From: Lama glama | Lineage: Eukaryota | Assembly: GCA_028534125.1 (NCBI GenBank) | Contig: CM052817.1 | Coordinates: 560,001 to 624,000, forward strand | Direction: 5' to 3' | Length of the DNA stretch: 64,000 bases | Shown here: positions 1 through 12,622 of the stretch, in pieces | Position numbering within the stretch: position 1 is the stretch's first letter | How the letters are laid out: each line of letters opens with the position of its first letter | Made by a program: the position numbers and the translations under genes | Notes under the pieces: generated by a model | The model's database searches: none | Told to the model about the DNA's origin: nothing | The model's input: the letters and a program-made list of their open reading frames with translations, nothing else

Positions 1-690
1 GGGAGGAAGATTTAACGAGCTCTGGCTTGATTTTGTAACAAGTCAGCTGTCTGACGCTTCTGAAGCGTGCTTTCACCTTTCAGAGGAACTTTTCTTGAAA
101 GACTGACTCAGCAGAGGGGCACTAGGACATTTCAGATAGGACTCTGTTACCTCCCGTGCGCCCACACTTCCCTCCCTCTTGCTGATGACGAACCTAGGGG
201 AACAGGCTGGTCCTCGGCTGTGGCCCCAAAGCCGTGGCAGCCACGCCAGACTGACCTGTGGTGACTCAGTGCCACGAAGGGCCCCGTCACTTCTCTGTAG
301 AGCTGCTGCCAAACGCCAGCCTGTGGGCCTGGGCGGGGCTGGCTTCCAGGTGGCTGTCTGCCCTCAGCCGCGGCTGTGGGGCTGTTAGGATCCATAGGTC
401 CAGTATCACGTCACTCCTGCCGCCTTACCTCCGCCTGAGAATGTATCACGTGGAAATCCACTGGACCCAGTGTCTGCAGAGGCCTTGCCGATGGTTCCAT
501 AACTTTAGCTCTAAATTCTCTTCATTACAGAAACAATAGTGCAGTTGAAATAACCACCACCGACTTTTCAAATCAGATGAAACATTGTAGTTTATACAAG
601 CCCGTGCGTAGAGGTTTGTACTCGGCGCTTATTTTTGCATGTTGATGTTGATTAGCTAATAAACGATAAACGTTAAGACATGCCGATAAA
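1..690 (+). other. Probable terminal 3'UTR of the upstream gene (MAEA by synteny)
   Basis: Non-coding; AT-richer tail with TGTA elements (587, 617), AATAAA at 658-663 and a T/G-rich downstream element. Identity rests only on recalled mammalian gene order MAEA-UVSSA-NKX1-1. Confidence 0.5.
658..663 (+). terminator. Polyadenylation signal AATAAA
   Basis: Canonical hexamer with upstream TGTA and downstream GGGTTTCTACTCGTTCTATGTG. Confidence 0.6.
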
Positions 691-2589
691 GGGTTTCTAC
701 TCGTTCTATGTGAGGCACCAGTGGCTCAGCATTGCTGAGGGTCGTGTCTGCTGCTCGGCCTTCAGTCCAGGATGGAGGCCCGAGTTTGCCGTGAGCTCTG
801 TCCCAGAGCAACCCCCAGGACCCCTTCGGCCTCGCAGGCGCCCCCCCCAAGCAGTGCCTGGTAACCAGGGGCCCTCTGCAGCAGAGCAGGTGCGTGGGCC
901 TGGAGGAGGAGCTGTGTGGGCCCCTCTGCCCCGCAGGCTCTGCTCTATGGAAGGGACTCCCCCACCTACTGCCTTGGCCCCCAGCAGTCCAGAAGCTGTC
1001 CAGTTTCCCTTTGGCAGTTTCTTCTTAATTTGCACAGCTTCTGTTACTGTGGTCAGAGGGGGCTCAGCAGCAGCTGGAGGCCCCCCGGCCTGGTCAGCAC
1101 AGAGCACACCTGCTGGGCGGGGCACCTGCCCGGCTTCCCCAGTGCCCAGACTGGCACTCTGTGCTGTTAACCTCTGTTCCTGCTCCTGCAAATGATTCCT
1201 GCTAAGACCGCAGGTGGGCTGTGGGGCCCCTCGCTAACCACTCCCTCGCCTCAGGTCAGCCGAGCTTTCTGGGTTCCTCTGCTGCCTTCCTGGCCCCACC
1301 ACCAAGCTTCCCTGGCCCTTGGCCTGCCCAGGCGTCTCCCTGCAAGCTGGCGGCTGTGACTCCCTGCCTGGGTCCCAGCTCTCTGCTCCCACCAGGTGCC
1401 CACACTGACCCCTGTGCCCGGGGTCCATGTCCCCAGGAGACCACAGCCTCTAGGCCGTTGCTGTGCTCTGCTTGGGGGACCAAGGGTGGCAGGGCCATCT
1501 GACCTCCGTGCACAGTTGCCACCTACTGCCAGTTGGCCCCAGCACACATGTGGGCTCGTGGCCCTATGGGGCACAGTGGGTAGAGCTGTTCTCAGGGTGA
1601 TGGGCTCTTCAGAGCTGCCCGCACCCTGGAGGGGAGTGACAGGGGTCTCTGCTGGCCATGCCCCCATCATCCAAGTCAGCGTTCCGGCAATGGTGGTTCT
1701 TGGTGAGAGTGGCTCAGCCAGTTCTCAGACTTGGTGAAAACGGAACCCCAGAGCTGGCTCCCTGGGCAGCTCCCCCTTCCCCTGGATGCCTTGAGCGGTG
1801 ACTTCCCTTCTTCTGCAAGCTGGTGGACTCTTGGGTTGTTTCCAGGTAAACCTGCCACGATCACTCTTGTATGTGGGACACATGCGTTCTGTGGGACGAC
1901 ATGGAGTTGCTGGTTGTGTGTCACTTTTACTAGACAAATGGCTGCCGTGGTCCACCTCACACCACCACCCACCTCCCCAGGCCCCATGCCTGGGCTTCGA
2001 GTCAGACATTCTGTTGGCTGTGGGCACCAGCTCACCGTGGGCTTGTTTAATTGGGGTAAAAACGGCCTATGTTGAAAAAAACTCTGAGTCAACAGCCGCG
2101 TGAGCTCTGACAAGCACATGGGCTAGCGAGCAGCCCAGGCACACAGCTCACCCGGTGCTCAGCTGTCCCTCTGGGTCTCATCGGCTCAGGTGAGCTCTCC
2201 ATCCTGGCTTGTCTCCCCCAGGAGTGCCTGTGGTCACTGTGGGCTGGGGCTCCTTGTCCACCGACCCCACGAGGGACCAGGATCGGTGCCTGTGAGAGTG
2301 GTGCCCACATCTCTGGATGCGCCTTCCTTTCTCTGGGCAGGGGTCTGGGACGGGCGCTGCATCCTGGTGTTGCCGTGTCTGACTCTGCAGCTGCCCGTCT
2401 CCCCTGAGCGTCCCACCCTCTCGCGCCCTCCACCCCCCCGGCCGCCCGCCAGCACCCTTCTCTGAGCGCTGTGGGTTTTCCAGGCCGGGTCTGCATTTCT
2501 CTGACCACCTGTGATCCCGAGGTCCTTCCGGTTTGCAGAGTGGTGAGTCTTCTGCCCGTTTTTCACTAGATTATCTCTTTTTCCCTTTT

Positions 2590-4830
2590 TTGGGGGGGTG
2601 CGTAATTAGGTTTACTTATTTATTTATTACATGTACCGGAACTTCTGGACACCGCAGAGCATTCTAGAGCTGACCTGGCCTTCCAGCGCCGTGTTAAGTA
2701 GGAGGCTGAGGGTGGGCGGGCTCGTCTTATTTCTGGCCTCGGGTGGGTTGAGAGCGCCGTCTTTCACTGTGAAGGGGGTGTTGGCTGTGGGCTTTTGCAC
2801 ATGTTCTTTGTCGGGTTGAGGAAGTCTCCCAAGAGTCATTATCATGACTTGACGTTGAACTTTGCCAAATGTTCTTTCTGCGGCTAATGAAAGTACAGAT
2901 GTTTTTCGTCTTTATTCTGTTGACGTGGAGAATTACATTTTATAATTTTAAGTTGTTCAACAAGCCTTGCGTTCCTGAGATAAACCCCACCTTGTGCGTT
3001 CTGTTTTTCCACATCGCGGGGTTTGACCTGCTGGTACTTCGCGGCGCGAGTCGGCCACTATGGCCTCTATCACCGTGTGACGTCTGTAGGACACGCAGTG
3101 ATGCTCCCTCCCACTCCTGTGTCGTCGCTTGTTTCTTCTTAGTTTTCTCCTGCTCAGTCTAGCTAGAGTCACTTCTCTGGCAATCACTTTCCTATCAGTT
3201 TTATAGGCCATTCCAAAGAAGCACCTTTTGGTTTAATTTTTTCCCTTGTTGTTCGACTGTTTCTGTTTGATTGGTTTCTGCTCTTTATTACGTTCTTCCT
3301 TCTGCCTATTTTGGGTTTAATTGCTCTTTTCCTTCTCACAGAGAAGATTACATTACTGATTTGGGTCCCTTCATTTCTAACATACACATTCTGTACATTT
3401 TAACGCTGTGTTCGTTTTCATGCAGTTCAAGATATTTTGTAGTTTCCCTTGTGTTTTTTCTTCCTGTGACCCGGGATTATCTCGGTGTCTGCTGGCTAAC
3501 TTCCAAATATTGGGAGATTTTTCCAAGCATTTTTGTTCATCAAATTCTGGTTTAATTCTGTTGCTAGGAAATACACTCTGTAAAGTTTCAATCCTTTTAA
3601 ATTTATGGAGACTTGTTTCACGTCCACATCAGTGAACGTGCGCTTACAAAGAGGTGTCTTGTGGCTGTCAGGGTCAGGCTGCTGGATGGAGTTTCATGTC
3701 CTCCTGGCTTTCTTATTACGTGATCTGTCCCTCTCGAAGAGTCTCGAAACTGGCCGTGCAAGTTGTGGCTCTCTGTCCCTCTGAGTTGTCAGGTTTGCTT
3801 CTTGTGTTTTGAGTCCCTGTCATCAGGTGAAGCACACTTAGGATGTGCATTTTCTCCAGGGAGTGACCCCGTTTTCATTATGACATGACCCCCATCCCCT
3901 GCCCCCGTAATCCTCCTTGTAAGTCTACTTTGGTGTGAATCCGGCCACTCTTGCTCCTGTATTTAGTGTTCGCGTCCTGTGTTCCTTGCTCTTTTGATTT
4001 AAAGTGTGTTCCTTGTAGTCACCATACAGTTGGGTCTTTTTAATCAATTGTACACTCACCGCCTTTTAATTGGGCCTCCAGACTCTTGACATTTAATGTT
4101 ATTATTGTTGCTGGTGGATTGAAGGCTATGCTTGCTGTTTTCTATTTTCCAATCTGTTCTTTGTTCCTTTTTCTCTCTTTCCCTGCCTCCTCTTGGACTA
4201 TTTTTACATGATTCCCTTTTATCTTTGTTGACTTTTTAGCTATACCTCTTTGTGGTGGCTCCAGGGGGCCCGAGTACATCTTTAACTTGTCCCTAGTACC
4301 TTCAAATTACACGATAGCACTTCATGTAAAAATGAGAACACGTGCCGCCATTTCTCCCCGTCCTTTGTGCTACTGCAGTCATATTATTTTTCTTCTGCAG
4401 ACAGTACATACCCTACCATAAGTGGTTATTATGTCTCCTTTAAACGATGACTTATAGAAGACATTTAAAATAAAATAAATCGTATATTTACACGTTTCCC
4501 ATTTACAGAACTCTCTGTTCCTTTTGTGGGTCTATGCTTGTTTCACAAAAGAAATGTCTTTTATTTTCCCTCAGTGTGGTTGTGAAAAGACGGTCCACTG
4601 CATACGGACACTGTGCTTCCTGTCACTGCTGTAAGGACCTTGTTCCATTGTCTTCAAGCTTGTGCTGTTTTGGCCAAGAATTCTACTGTTCTCTTGTCCA
4701 GGTCTTTTTCTCTCCAGCTGCTTTTGAGGCTCTGCCTCTGGTTTTTGCCACAGTTTGAGAAGGAAGTGCCTTGGGTGGTTTTCTTTGTGTTCCTGCTGTT
4801 TGGGGTTTGTTATCCTGAAAATCCCAGTTG
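2590..4830 (-). mobile_element. Old degraded LINE-1 (L1M-type) fragments
   Basis: T-rich + strand; minus-strand peptide NKTSPPTLSLLLNTALE resembles L1 ORF2 GTRQGCPLSPLLFNIVLE. Boundaries approximate. Confidence 0.75.
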
Positions 4831-4879
4831 GTTCTTTTACAGACTTTTCATTCTCACAGCAATTCCTCTTGGCCAGTTT

Positions 4880-5560
4880 TACTTACTTATTCAGCATTCC
4901 ACAAGTGTTGAACACCTAGTGTGTGCCTGACATCTTGAAACAAAAAAGATCTCAGTTCTCACTGAGCCTATGTCCTGGGGGCAGAGGAGGAAAGAAAACC
5001 CAACACACTAATAACGAGATGGTGAGCCTGTGTGACAGAGGGTTAAGCTGCAGGACAAAGTGGAGGAGGTTTAGAAGGGCAGGGCAGTCAGCAACAGAGG
5101 CGAAAGGCTGGGGAGAAAGTGCTGGGGTGGGGTGAGTAGCCTTCCAGTCGGAGGGGGTGGCTCCTGGAGACCAGAGTGGCTGGAGTGGCCAGTGGGGAGC
5201 AGGCACAGAGGACGTGGGCGGCCAGCACAGATAGGAGGGCCCTGGGGACTGATAGAAGTTTTTGTTATGGGGTTGGGGTGGGGTGAAGGGATCACATGGT
5301 CTGACCTTCTTTAGAAGGTCCCTCTGGCCGCTGCAAGGTGCATGGCCTCTTGGGGTCCAAGTGCAAGAGTGGGGAAAGGGGAATGACAGCGGTGACCCAC
5401 TTATGGGGTGGTAGCAGCGACCTGGTGGTGGCAGTGGGGTGATGGGAAGGACTCCGATTCCTGAGTGGACTGGACATGGGGTGAGAGGAAGAGGGGTTCC
5501 GGGGGACTCTAAGGTCATTGGCCCCAGTGAGTGGATAGACGTCTGTCCATCAGCTGAGAC
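4880..5560 (-). mobile_element. LINE-2 3' fragment
   Basis: TTATTCAGCATTCCACAAGTGTTGAACACCTAGTGTGTGCC resembles the reverse complement of the L2 3' end, followed by a purine-rich L2-like body. Confidence 0.6.
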
Positions 5561-5904
5561 GTGAGTGCAGGGGCACGTCACTCAGGCAGTGCGGGACAGG
5601 AGGCTGGCCTGGACCATGCAAGCCCTGCAGGCAACTTGGGTGGACACACGGGCAGTGCAGGAGGGAACAAGGGAACGGACAGCTCTCTAGGAATTCTGGG
5701 GCAATGGGCTGGGGAGGGAAGTTGGATAAAAAAGGTTTTGTTAGGACAGAAGCAGCGCAGTTGAGCTGATGGGAAATGTAATTACACTGTAGGGGGAATT
5801 ACACAAGAAAGGGGAACTGCTGATGGGTGCCTGGAGCCGGGCTCACAGGGAGGGCTGGCGTCCTGGGTCCAAGTGGCTTCCCTCTTTCTGAAGAGCTACT
5901 CACA

Positions 5905-6260
5905 GATCTAATCCACATGCCACAAGAGCCACCCTTCAGAACGCACAACTCAACGTTCCAGCCTGGTGATGAGGTTGCACAGCCCTAATTCCAGCTCACG
6001 CTGTCACCCCGACAGAATTCCTGTGCCATCACCGGCCCCATCCCTTCCCTCCCAGCCCCTGGCAACTACTAGTCTGCTTTGGAGTTGACTTTTCCAGACG
6101 TTTTGTGTAAGTGGAATCACGACACTTGGCCTTTTTGACCACCTTCTCTCACTTAGGGTCGTGTTTCTTAAGTCCATCCACGTCCGTTTTAAGGCTGAAG
6201 ACAGTCGCGTTTGTTCACCATTGTCTGCTGACAGACACTGAGCTGTTTCCACTAAGCAGT
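5905..6260 (-). mobile_element. LINE-1 (L1MB/ME-like) 3' fragment
   Basis: CCCAGCCCCTGGCAACTACTAGTCTGCTTT and GTGGAATCA motifs; minus peptide WMDLRNTTLSE matches the L1 ORF2 C-terminal end. Confidence 0.7.
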
Positions 6261-6779
6261 TGCCGCTACGGCCACGGCGTCCACACTTTGGGGTGGGCCT
6301 GTCTTTGGTGCCCTTACCCCACTCTGCCCCTACCCTAGGCCCTAAGAGAACATCCAGCCTGCCCCCTGACACCTGCTGGTGCTGCCCCGTGTACACTAAT
6401 GCTCCCCGGCCTCCTCGCTGGGTCAAGCCAACCTTCCTGGGGGAGGGCAGGGGCAAGGGCTGGAGGAGGAGGGGTGAGGGCACAAGCTGGGTTGGGGCAC
6501 CCAGCCTGTGTCAAGACCCCGAAGCTGCAGCACTGAGCAGGACGGGAGAGGAGGGCTAGCCGGGCTGCGTGGCTGTGAGGCCCCTGGGGCTGTGTTGGGG
6601 CAGGTGCTCTAAGCCGGGGAGGTGGCGGGCAGAGCCCCAAGGGGCGGTGAGGGGTCAATGTTTCATGATGGCCCGGCTGCCAGTGGGTCTGCCTGAAGGA
6701 AGTTCATGTGCCGGGGAACACCTGGTGCACGCGTGCAGGCGGCTGGACCGTGGGTGCCACCTGGGGGCCCTGGCTGTGC

Positions 6780-8200
6780 GAGGAGCAGACGCCCAGCCCG
6801 TGTCCCGCCTCCGGGACGCTGGCCACAGGCAGGCGGGAGATGAGCCAGGGGAGGGTCCGTGCGCTGACGTCAGACCCGGGAAGTGGACCGCGCAGGTGAC
6901 GCTCGAGCCGACAGCGGGGGAGCAACCCTTCGAGAAGCGCCGGGGGCACCTGCCGAGGCCCCCCGCCCGATCCCGTCCTCCAGGCGTCGCGTGGGCCCAG
7001 GTTTCCGGCGTCCCCGGAGAAACGCGCAGAGGCGCCCACCCGGGAGTCCCGTCGCAGGGGCCGGGCGCTGGGACCGCAAACCTGCCCCTCACCAACGCGG
7101 CCGCGCCACAAAGGCGAAGCACGCGCCCTCGGGCCGGCCCCGCCCCGTCACCCGCGCCCGCGGCTCCTTTAAGGACTTGCTGCGCCCGCCCGCCTCCTTT
7201 TTCTTGCGCGCCGCCCTCCCCGACTGCCCCGCCCGCGCCGGGAGCGCGCCTTGCGTCACCGCGCAGACCTCGGCCTCGACCCCGCGTCCGCGCCTCCGGG
7301 TCAGGGCCAGCCACTGCTGGCGGAGCTCGAGGGGCACGTGATAGGAGGTGGGCGGGGACTCCTGCGGAAGGGGCAGGCCGAGGTTTAAGTGGCCGCGTCG
7401 CCCGGGCCGGAGCGAGCCAATGACCGTAGGGATCTGGGGGCACGTGACGGCGGCGGGCCCTTCGCCGGAAGGGCGGGGCGGGGCGAGGCGAGCGACCGGG
7501 TCGCCGGTAGGTGCCGAGGTGGCCGCTCCGCCGGGCGGTGGTCGCGTTGCGGGGCCGGAGAGGCGGGGTCGGAGGCGAGCCCTCTCTCCAGGGCGCCCCC
7601 TCCGTCCTTCCCCCGGGACGGCCCCTCTCCCCTCTCCCAGGGCGCCCCTCCTCCGTCCCGCGGGGCCGTCGCGCCCTGGTCTCAGGGACGCGGGCCGAGT
7701 CGACCCTGACGGGTCCGTGGGCGGCGGGGGCGGCGGGGGCGGTGAACGTTGCGGTCAACGAGCACGCCTGTGCGCACTGGCCCAGCTCCTCCTTCCACCC
7801 GGTGAAGCCGAGCTCTGCAGCCGGCCGGGCGTCCTCGCCGCTCCCGGCTCGGCCGGCGCCGAGCGGCGCGGCCCCTCCTTCCCGCCACCGCACCTGCCTC
7901 TAGGAGGCTCCCCGCGCGCAGGTCCAGTCGCAGCATCTCGCCTGCGGTCCGGAGGCCGCCTCGTGGCCTGTGTCGAGCAGTAGTGCCGACGGGGAAGGTG
8001 CGGCGGTCCTGGGAAAGCGAGCTTGGTGTCACTCGGACAGCCTCTTCCCTTGGCCTCGCGGAGCCTGCCGCGCCTGTGTGGCGTGGCCCTCCAGAGCTCA
8101 CGTTCTGTTGTTGCCCTTTCCTTACTTTTCCTGATGACCACCGAAGAGGCCTCGTTGGCCTGGCCCGGACCCTCACCCTGAATTGTATTTCAGCCCTCAG
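6780..8200 (+). promoter_or_regulatory. UVSSA: UVSSA CpG-island promoter and non-coding exon 1 region
   Basis: Very CpG-dense. CRE TGACGTCA 6865-6872, E-boxes CACGTG 7335-7340 and 7441-7446, CCAAT 7417-7421, ETS-like CCGGAAG ~7465, tandem GC boxes 7471-7485. Candidate exon-1 donors CCG|GTAGGT (7506) and AAG|GTGCGG (7997). Confidence 0.85.
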
Positions 8201-8339
8201 GGGTCATCTCACAGAGGCCAGGGCGTGAGGACCCTAGCCTGGCACCCACACCCCAACGCCAGCACACAGTGCAGCCCGGCAAACATTTGCTAATAAAGTT
8301 GAGGTGGTTATTTAGCGTTTGCATTACGTGTTTCTAGAT

Positions 8340-8437
8340 ATGGATCAAAAACTCTCAAAGTTGGTAGAAGAGCTCACAACTTCAGGGGAACCCCAACTGA
8401 ATCCTGAGAAAATGAAGGAACTGAAGAAAATTTGCAA
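8340..8437 (+). CDS. UVSSA: UVSSA coding exon 1 ([33 protein letters not shown]), start of VHS domain
   Basis: Acceptor TTTCTAG ends 8337, ATG 8340, donor GTATGT 8438; recognisable UVSSA N-terminus including Cys32. Confidence 0.97.
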
Positions 8438-9149
8438 GTATGTCTTACAAAGTCCAACGTTTCACGGTGACTGGCTGGCTGAGCACGTCCGTGACAGCCC
8501 TGGGAGACTGTGGGGCTTCCCCTGGGGTCAGCGCGCCCCTGCCTGCCCCCACGCTCCGCCCTCTGCTGGGAAGGACCAGCACAGGACACACATACGACGC
8601 TTCCCCAGAGCCAGCAGCGCCCAGCCCCTGCAGGCGGTCGTGTTTTGGGCAGTGGTCCCAGGGTGGGGGAGAACACATTCAGGCTGTGGTGGTGTCTGTT
8701 TCCTGTGTGTGTGTGTCCTTGAGCGCTTCTGTGTGACTTGCAGGTTGGCGCGTGTCTTCCTCTTTATTGTTGGAATATGTGGGGGATACGTGGGGGGAGG
8801 CAGGTTAGAGGTCACAGGAGCCGGGCTCCGCAGGGCCTGTCTGTCCTTAGAAGGCGTCCGTCTCTTCCACTGCTGAGAGCCTCTCAGACGTTGGGAACTT
8901 AAGCTGAGGAGGTTTGCTGATTATCCTTGTGTTGTATTTACGAAACGGGAGAAGTTAAGAAGTGATTACATCTTGATGCAAAGATTTTAGCTCATATCAG
9001 GTTTTGCTGCGTGCTCTGGAAAGTCCCCCAACAGCAGGGCTTATGGGGGACAGCTAGGAAGAAGGGCAACAGGAGAGGCAGGGTGCACACCAGCCCTGCC
9101 AGGGCCACTCTCAAGAGGCCCACAGAGCTTCCCAGGGGGCTGGGAGGTG

Positions 9150-9355
9150 TGGCCAACCTCTACCAGCCATGAGTGAAGGGGTGTGGCTGGGTCCCAGTGA
9201 AACCAGGGGCACTCACACTGAACTTCACATAGTTTTCACGTGCCACAAAGTGTTATTCTGCTGATTTAATCAGAGTAAAAACCACTCTTGGCTGGTGGGC
9301 CATACAGAAGAAGGCTGGGCCAGATTTGGCCCAAGGACGGTAGATGGTCCAGTCT
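9150..9355 (+). mobile_element. MER58B-like hAT-Charlie DNA transposon remnant
   Basis: GTAAAAACCACTCTTGGCT...GGGCCATACAG...GGGCCAGATTTGGCCC resembles the MER58 3' half. Confidence 0.65.
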
Positions 9356-9457
9356 GCTTAGGAAAAAGAGGAAAGGATTGTGAGAGGGCCTGCATCCCTC
9401 CCACTTGTGGAGCCAACTTGTCCTCGAGCGCTCGGTGAGGACGACTTCTGTCCCCAG

Positions 9458-9788
9458 GTCTTCCGAGGAGCAGCTCAGCCACACCTACCACCTGCTGATG
9501 GCCCAGCTGAGCCAGGAGCACGCCCAAGTCCGCCTCTCCACCTTCCAGGCTGTGGACGAGCTGTTCACCAGGTCTCACCAGTTCAGGATGCTGGTCGTTT
9601 CCAACTTCCAGGAGTTCCTGGAGCTTACGCTGGGCACAGACCACGAGCGGCCGCTGCCGCCGCCCCGGGAGGTGGCGCAGAGGCTGAGGCAGGCCGCCGC
9701 CCGGGCCGTCCGCAGCTGGAGCGAGAAGTACGGCGCAGCCTATAAGAAGCTGGCCCTGGGCTTTCACTTCCTACGGCACAAGCAGCAG
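9458..9788 (+). CDS. UVSSA: UVSSA coding exon 2 (SSEEQLSH...[11 protein letters not shown]), VHS domain
   Basis: CCCCAG|G acceptor, CAG|GTGGGC donor, 331 nt, phase-consistent. Confidence 0.97.
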
Positions 9789-10537
9789 GTGGGCCGGCCC
9801 CGCGCTCTGCTGCTCTGCCCGGGCGGGGAGACCCGCCTGGGCCCTGGGCCTCTGTCCCCTGCGCTGGCCTGGCAGTGACCAGCAGGGGGGTTGGGGGTGG
9901 GGCTCCCAGGACTGGAGAAGCAGCTTTGCCTGTGGGTGGAGCTGAGCCTTGGGACCTGATTTCCACCAAAAGGTGGAAAAGGAGGATGAGAGTCCGCTGC
10001 GCAGACGCAGCCCTTCGCTGCATCTCCTGCACTTGTGGGGCCGTGCTGCACTGTGACTTCCTGTGTGGGTCCACTGAGGGCTCTGGCCGGCGTTGGGTGG
10101 ACGAAACCCCCCCGGGACCGGCTTCAGCCACCCTCCCCCAGCTGCCTGGCCTGCTCTTGGCCTGTGGACGCTGCCTTCCCGTCGCTCCTCTGGGGTGCAC
10201 TCTTGGGTGCAGTTCTCAGGCCCGTGGTTGCGGGCCGGCAGCCTCCCCTCCCGCTAATTGGAGTGAGTTTGCTGCCTTGCCACCCGCAGCGTACTTGGGG
10301 GCTGGAGAGTTTTTTTACCTCTTACTTTGTTAGGAAACACCACTGGTTGTGTTTTTAACAGGGGTTAAACGCCAGAGTTGAATTTTAAGAGTTTTATACT
10401 TTAAAACACTGTACGTGAACTCGAGATCCATAGAGTTTCTGGCCAGATGTTAGTGTGTCTTTTCTGAGGCCCTTTTTTGATTCTTGTTTCCTTGGGGTCC
10501 TTTGTCGTCAGGTCTAACCTTTATCGACACTTCTCAG

Positions 10538-10658
10538 GTGGATTTCCAAGATGTGAACGCCAGAACCCTGGCAGAGAGAAAGCGAGAAGAGGAGAAACGG
10601 CACCGCTTGGAGCGGATCTACAGGGAACGATCTGAGCGGGCGGCCAGGGAGATGGAAG
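10538..10658 (+). CDS. UVSSA: UVSSA coding exon 3 (VDFQDVNARTLAERKREEEK...EME)
   Basis: TTCTCAG acceptor, AAG|GTGAGA donor, 121 nt. Confidence 0.97.
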
Positions 10659-11364
10659 GTGAGAGGTCGGCCTAGGGGTGCCCCACCCACTGCCACACCT
10701 TCCCAGGCGGTGCTTGCAAGCCTGCTTCCAGCTTCCATCTTCCCATCCGGCCAGTTCCTGGCGAGGGTAGGGGGCAGAGCTCAGGGCTTGAGGGATGGAG
10801 TGGAGGGAGGGGCCCCTGCAGGCCATCCACGCCTCTCCTGCGGCTCCTGGCGGTCACACTTGGGAAGTGCACCCCTCCGTGGTCTGAACCTCCAGGTCCG
10901 TCTCATGGTGTCTTTGGTCTTGCCAGCTTCCTTCCCAAGCCCCCACCATTTGCCTCTGGCAGCCGGTTCTTCCTGTGAGGGGCAGCCAGGGTGTGAGCAG
11001 CTTGGGAGGTGGCCTGGGTGAAGGCACTTCCCGAAGCCTGGCCTCAGGAAGGCTGCAAGGCAGGGAGAGCTGGTCCACCCCAGGGAAGTCCTGGGTGAGA
11101 AGTGGCCAGGGTGGGACGGCAGAGGTGTGCTTGGGCTTGGGGGAGGCCCTGGCCACTCCCTTCCACTGGTTCCGCCCTGGCGGCCTCTAGCTGGGTGTCC
11201 ACAGATGCGCCACCAGCCCCGTCACAGCTTAGGTCAGCACCTGAAGGTGTTAATCCAGCATGTCGCAGAGAATGGCTTTGCTGCGGCCAAGTGGGCGGTC
11301 TCGAGCTGGTTACCCAGGGGCCCTCCCTTTGACGGCCCTGCTCACAGTGTTTCTGTCCTACCAG

Positions 11365-11697
11365 AAATGTCTGGGGAAATCCGCAGCTGCCTCACGGAGG
11401 TGGAGAGCTGCTTCCAGCTGCTCGTGCCATTTGACCTTGACCCAAGCCCAGGGGCCGCCTTGCCCGCCATGGCCTCCACTGTGGTCTCAGCCGTGGCCAG
11501 GGAGGGTCCCCACGACCTCGAGGATGAGGAGCAGCCCTGCTGCAGCAAGGCCCTGGCTGCCTGTGCCCCCCTCCCAGGAGCTGTTGGTGTGGAGGGGCCC
11601 TCGGAGGACGAGGACGAGTTCAGCGACCAGGAGGGGTTCGTGCGGTGCCATGGGCTGGGCTCCCACAAGTACACGCTGGACGTGGAGCTCTCCTCAG
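11365..11697 (+). CDS. UVSSA: UVSSA coding exon 4 (MSGEIRSCLTEVESCFQLLVPF...YTLDVELSS)
   Basis: CTACCAG acceptor, CAG|GTAATG donor, 333 nt. Confidence 0.95.
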
Positions 11698-12411
11698 GTA
11701 ATGTCTCTCTTGCCCTCCACCCAGGCTGCGCTCACACTATGCCTCCTTGACTCCGGATCTCTGGCTTCTCGGGGCCGGGAGGCAAGGGGTGAAGGAGGGG
11801 TGGGGGTGACTCAAGGCTTGGGAGTCCTGTGTCCTAGGCCCTCGTTGTGACACAGTCCTGGCCATGATGGCGGGCCTGACTCTCCGAGTGATGGGGGCCC
11901 TGGAAGAGGGGTCAAAGGGTGGCTGGAGGAGAACATGGTTGAGAAACAGCCTCTTGCCACTTGTGGTTTGCTGGTGCCGTGGGGTGTGGGTGGGGCTGGA
12001 GGGCAGCTGGGCTCTGTAGCTGTGGAAATACCTGTCTCCCTCAGGCACCTTGAACCCTATAAGCTCCAAGGAACTTACTGCCACGTGGCTGGGGGCTGGG
12101 GACGCAGCTGGCTCGCAGGAGGTGGGGGGCCCGGGTGCAGATCACTGGGATGGCGGGGCTTGGAGGGGGGACCTGGGGCTGAGGGGTGGGTGGGGCCTTC
12201 ATCCTGAGAGCAGTGCAGGGAGGGTCCCTGGTCTGCCCGATGTGTGAGAAGGCACTGGGGTCAAGGCAGCGAATCTCCTTCTGGGGCCAGATCTGGGGTC
12301 CCGGGCAACGTGTGGCCGGATGGGGTGTGGGGCAATATGGTGGCCCTGTCTGAGGTGCCCAGGTGTCTACCCAGGTAGTGGTCCTCCTGGTGATCCGCAT
12401 GTGTGTTGCAG

Positions 12412-12524
12412 ACAGCCTGAGGGTGCGTGAGGATGAGGACAACTTTGCCGTCATCCAGGCAGCCCAGGACGCTCTGAGGCTCATCCAGAACAAGTTCCTG
12501 CCGGCTGTGTGCTCCTGGGTCCAG
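12412..12524 (+). CDS. UVSSA: UVSSA coding exon 5 (DSLRVREDEDNFAVIQAAQDALRLIQNKFLPAVCSWVQ)
   Basis: TTGCAG acceptor, CAG|GTGAGG donor, 113 nt. Confidence 0.96.
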
Positions 12525-12622
12525 GTGAGGCATGTCCCCCAGCTCAGGCCAGGTTTGGGGGTAGGGGCAGCTTCAGGGAGGGAGGGCACCTGGCCCGTCA
12601 AGTGGACATCCCGTTCTTGCAG

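Noticed and set aside
6569..8176. Long overlapping ORFs (284, 412, 211 aa) over the UVSSA promoter
   Set aside because: Arg/Gly/Pro/Ala-rich on both strands with no domain; expected from stop-codon scarcity in a CpG island.
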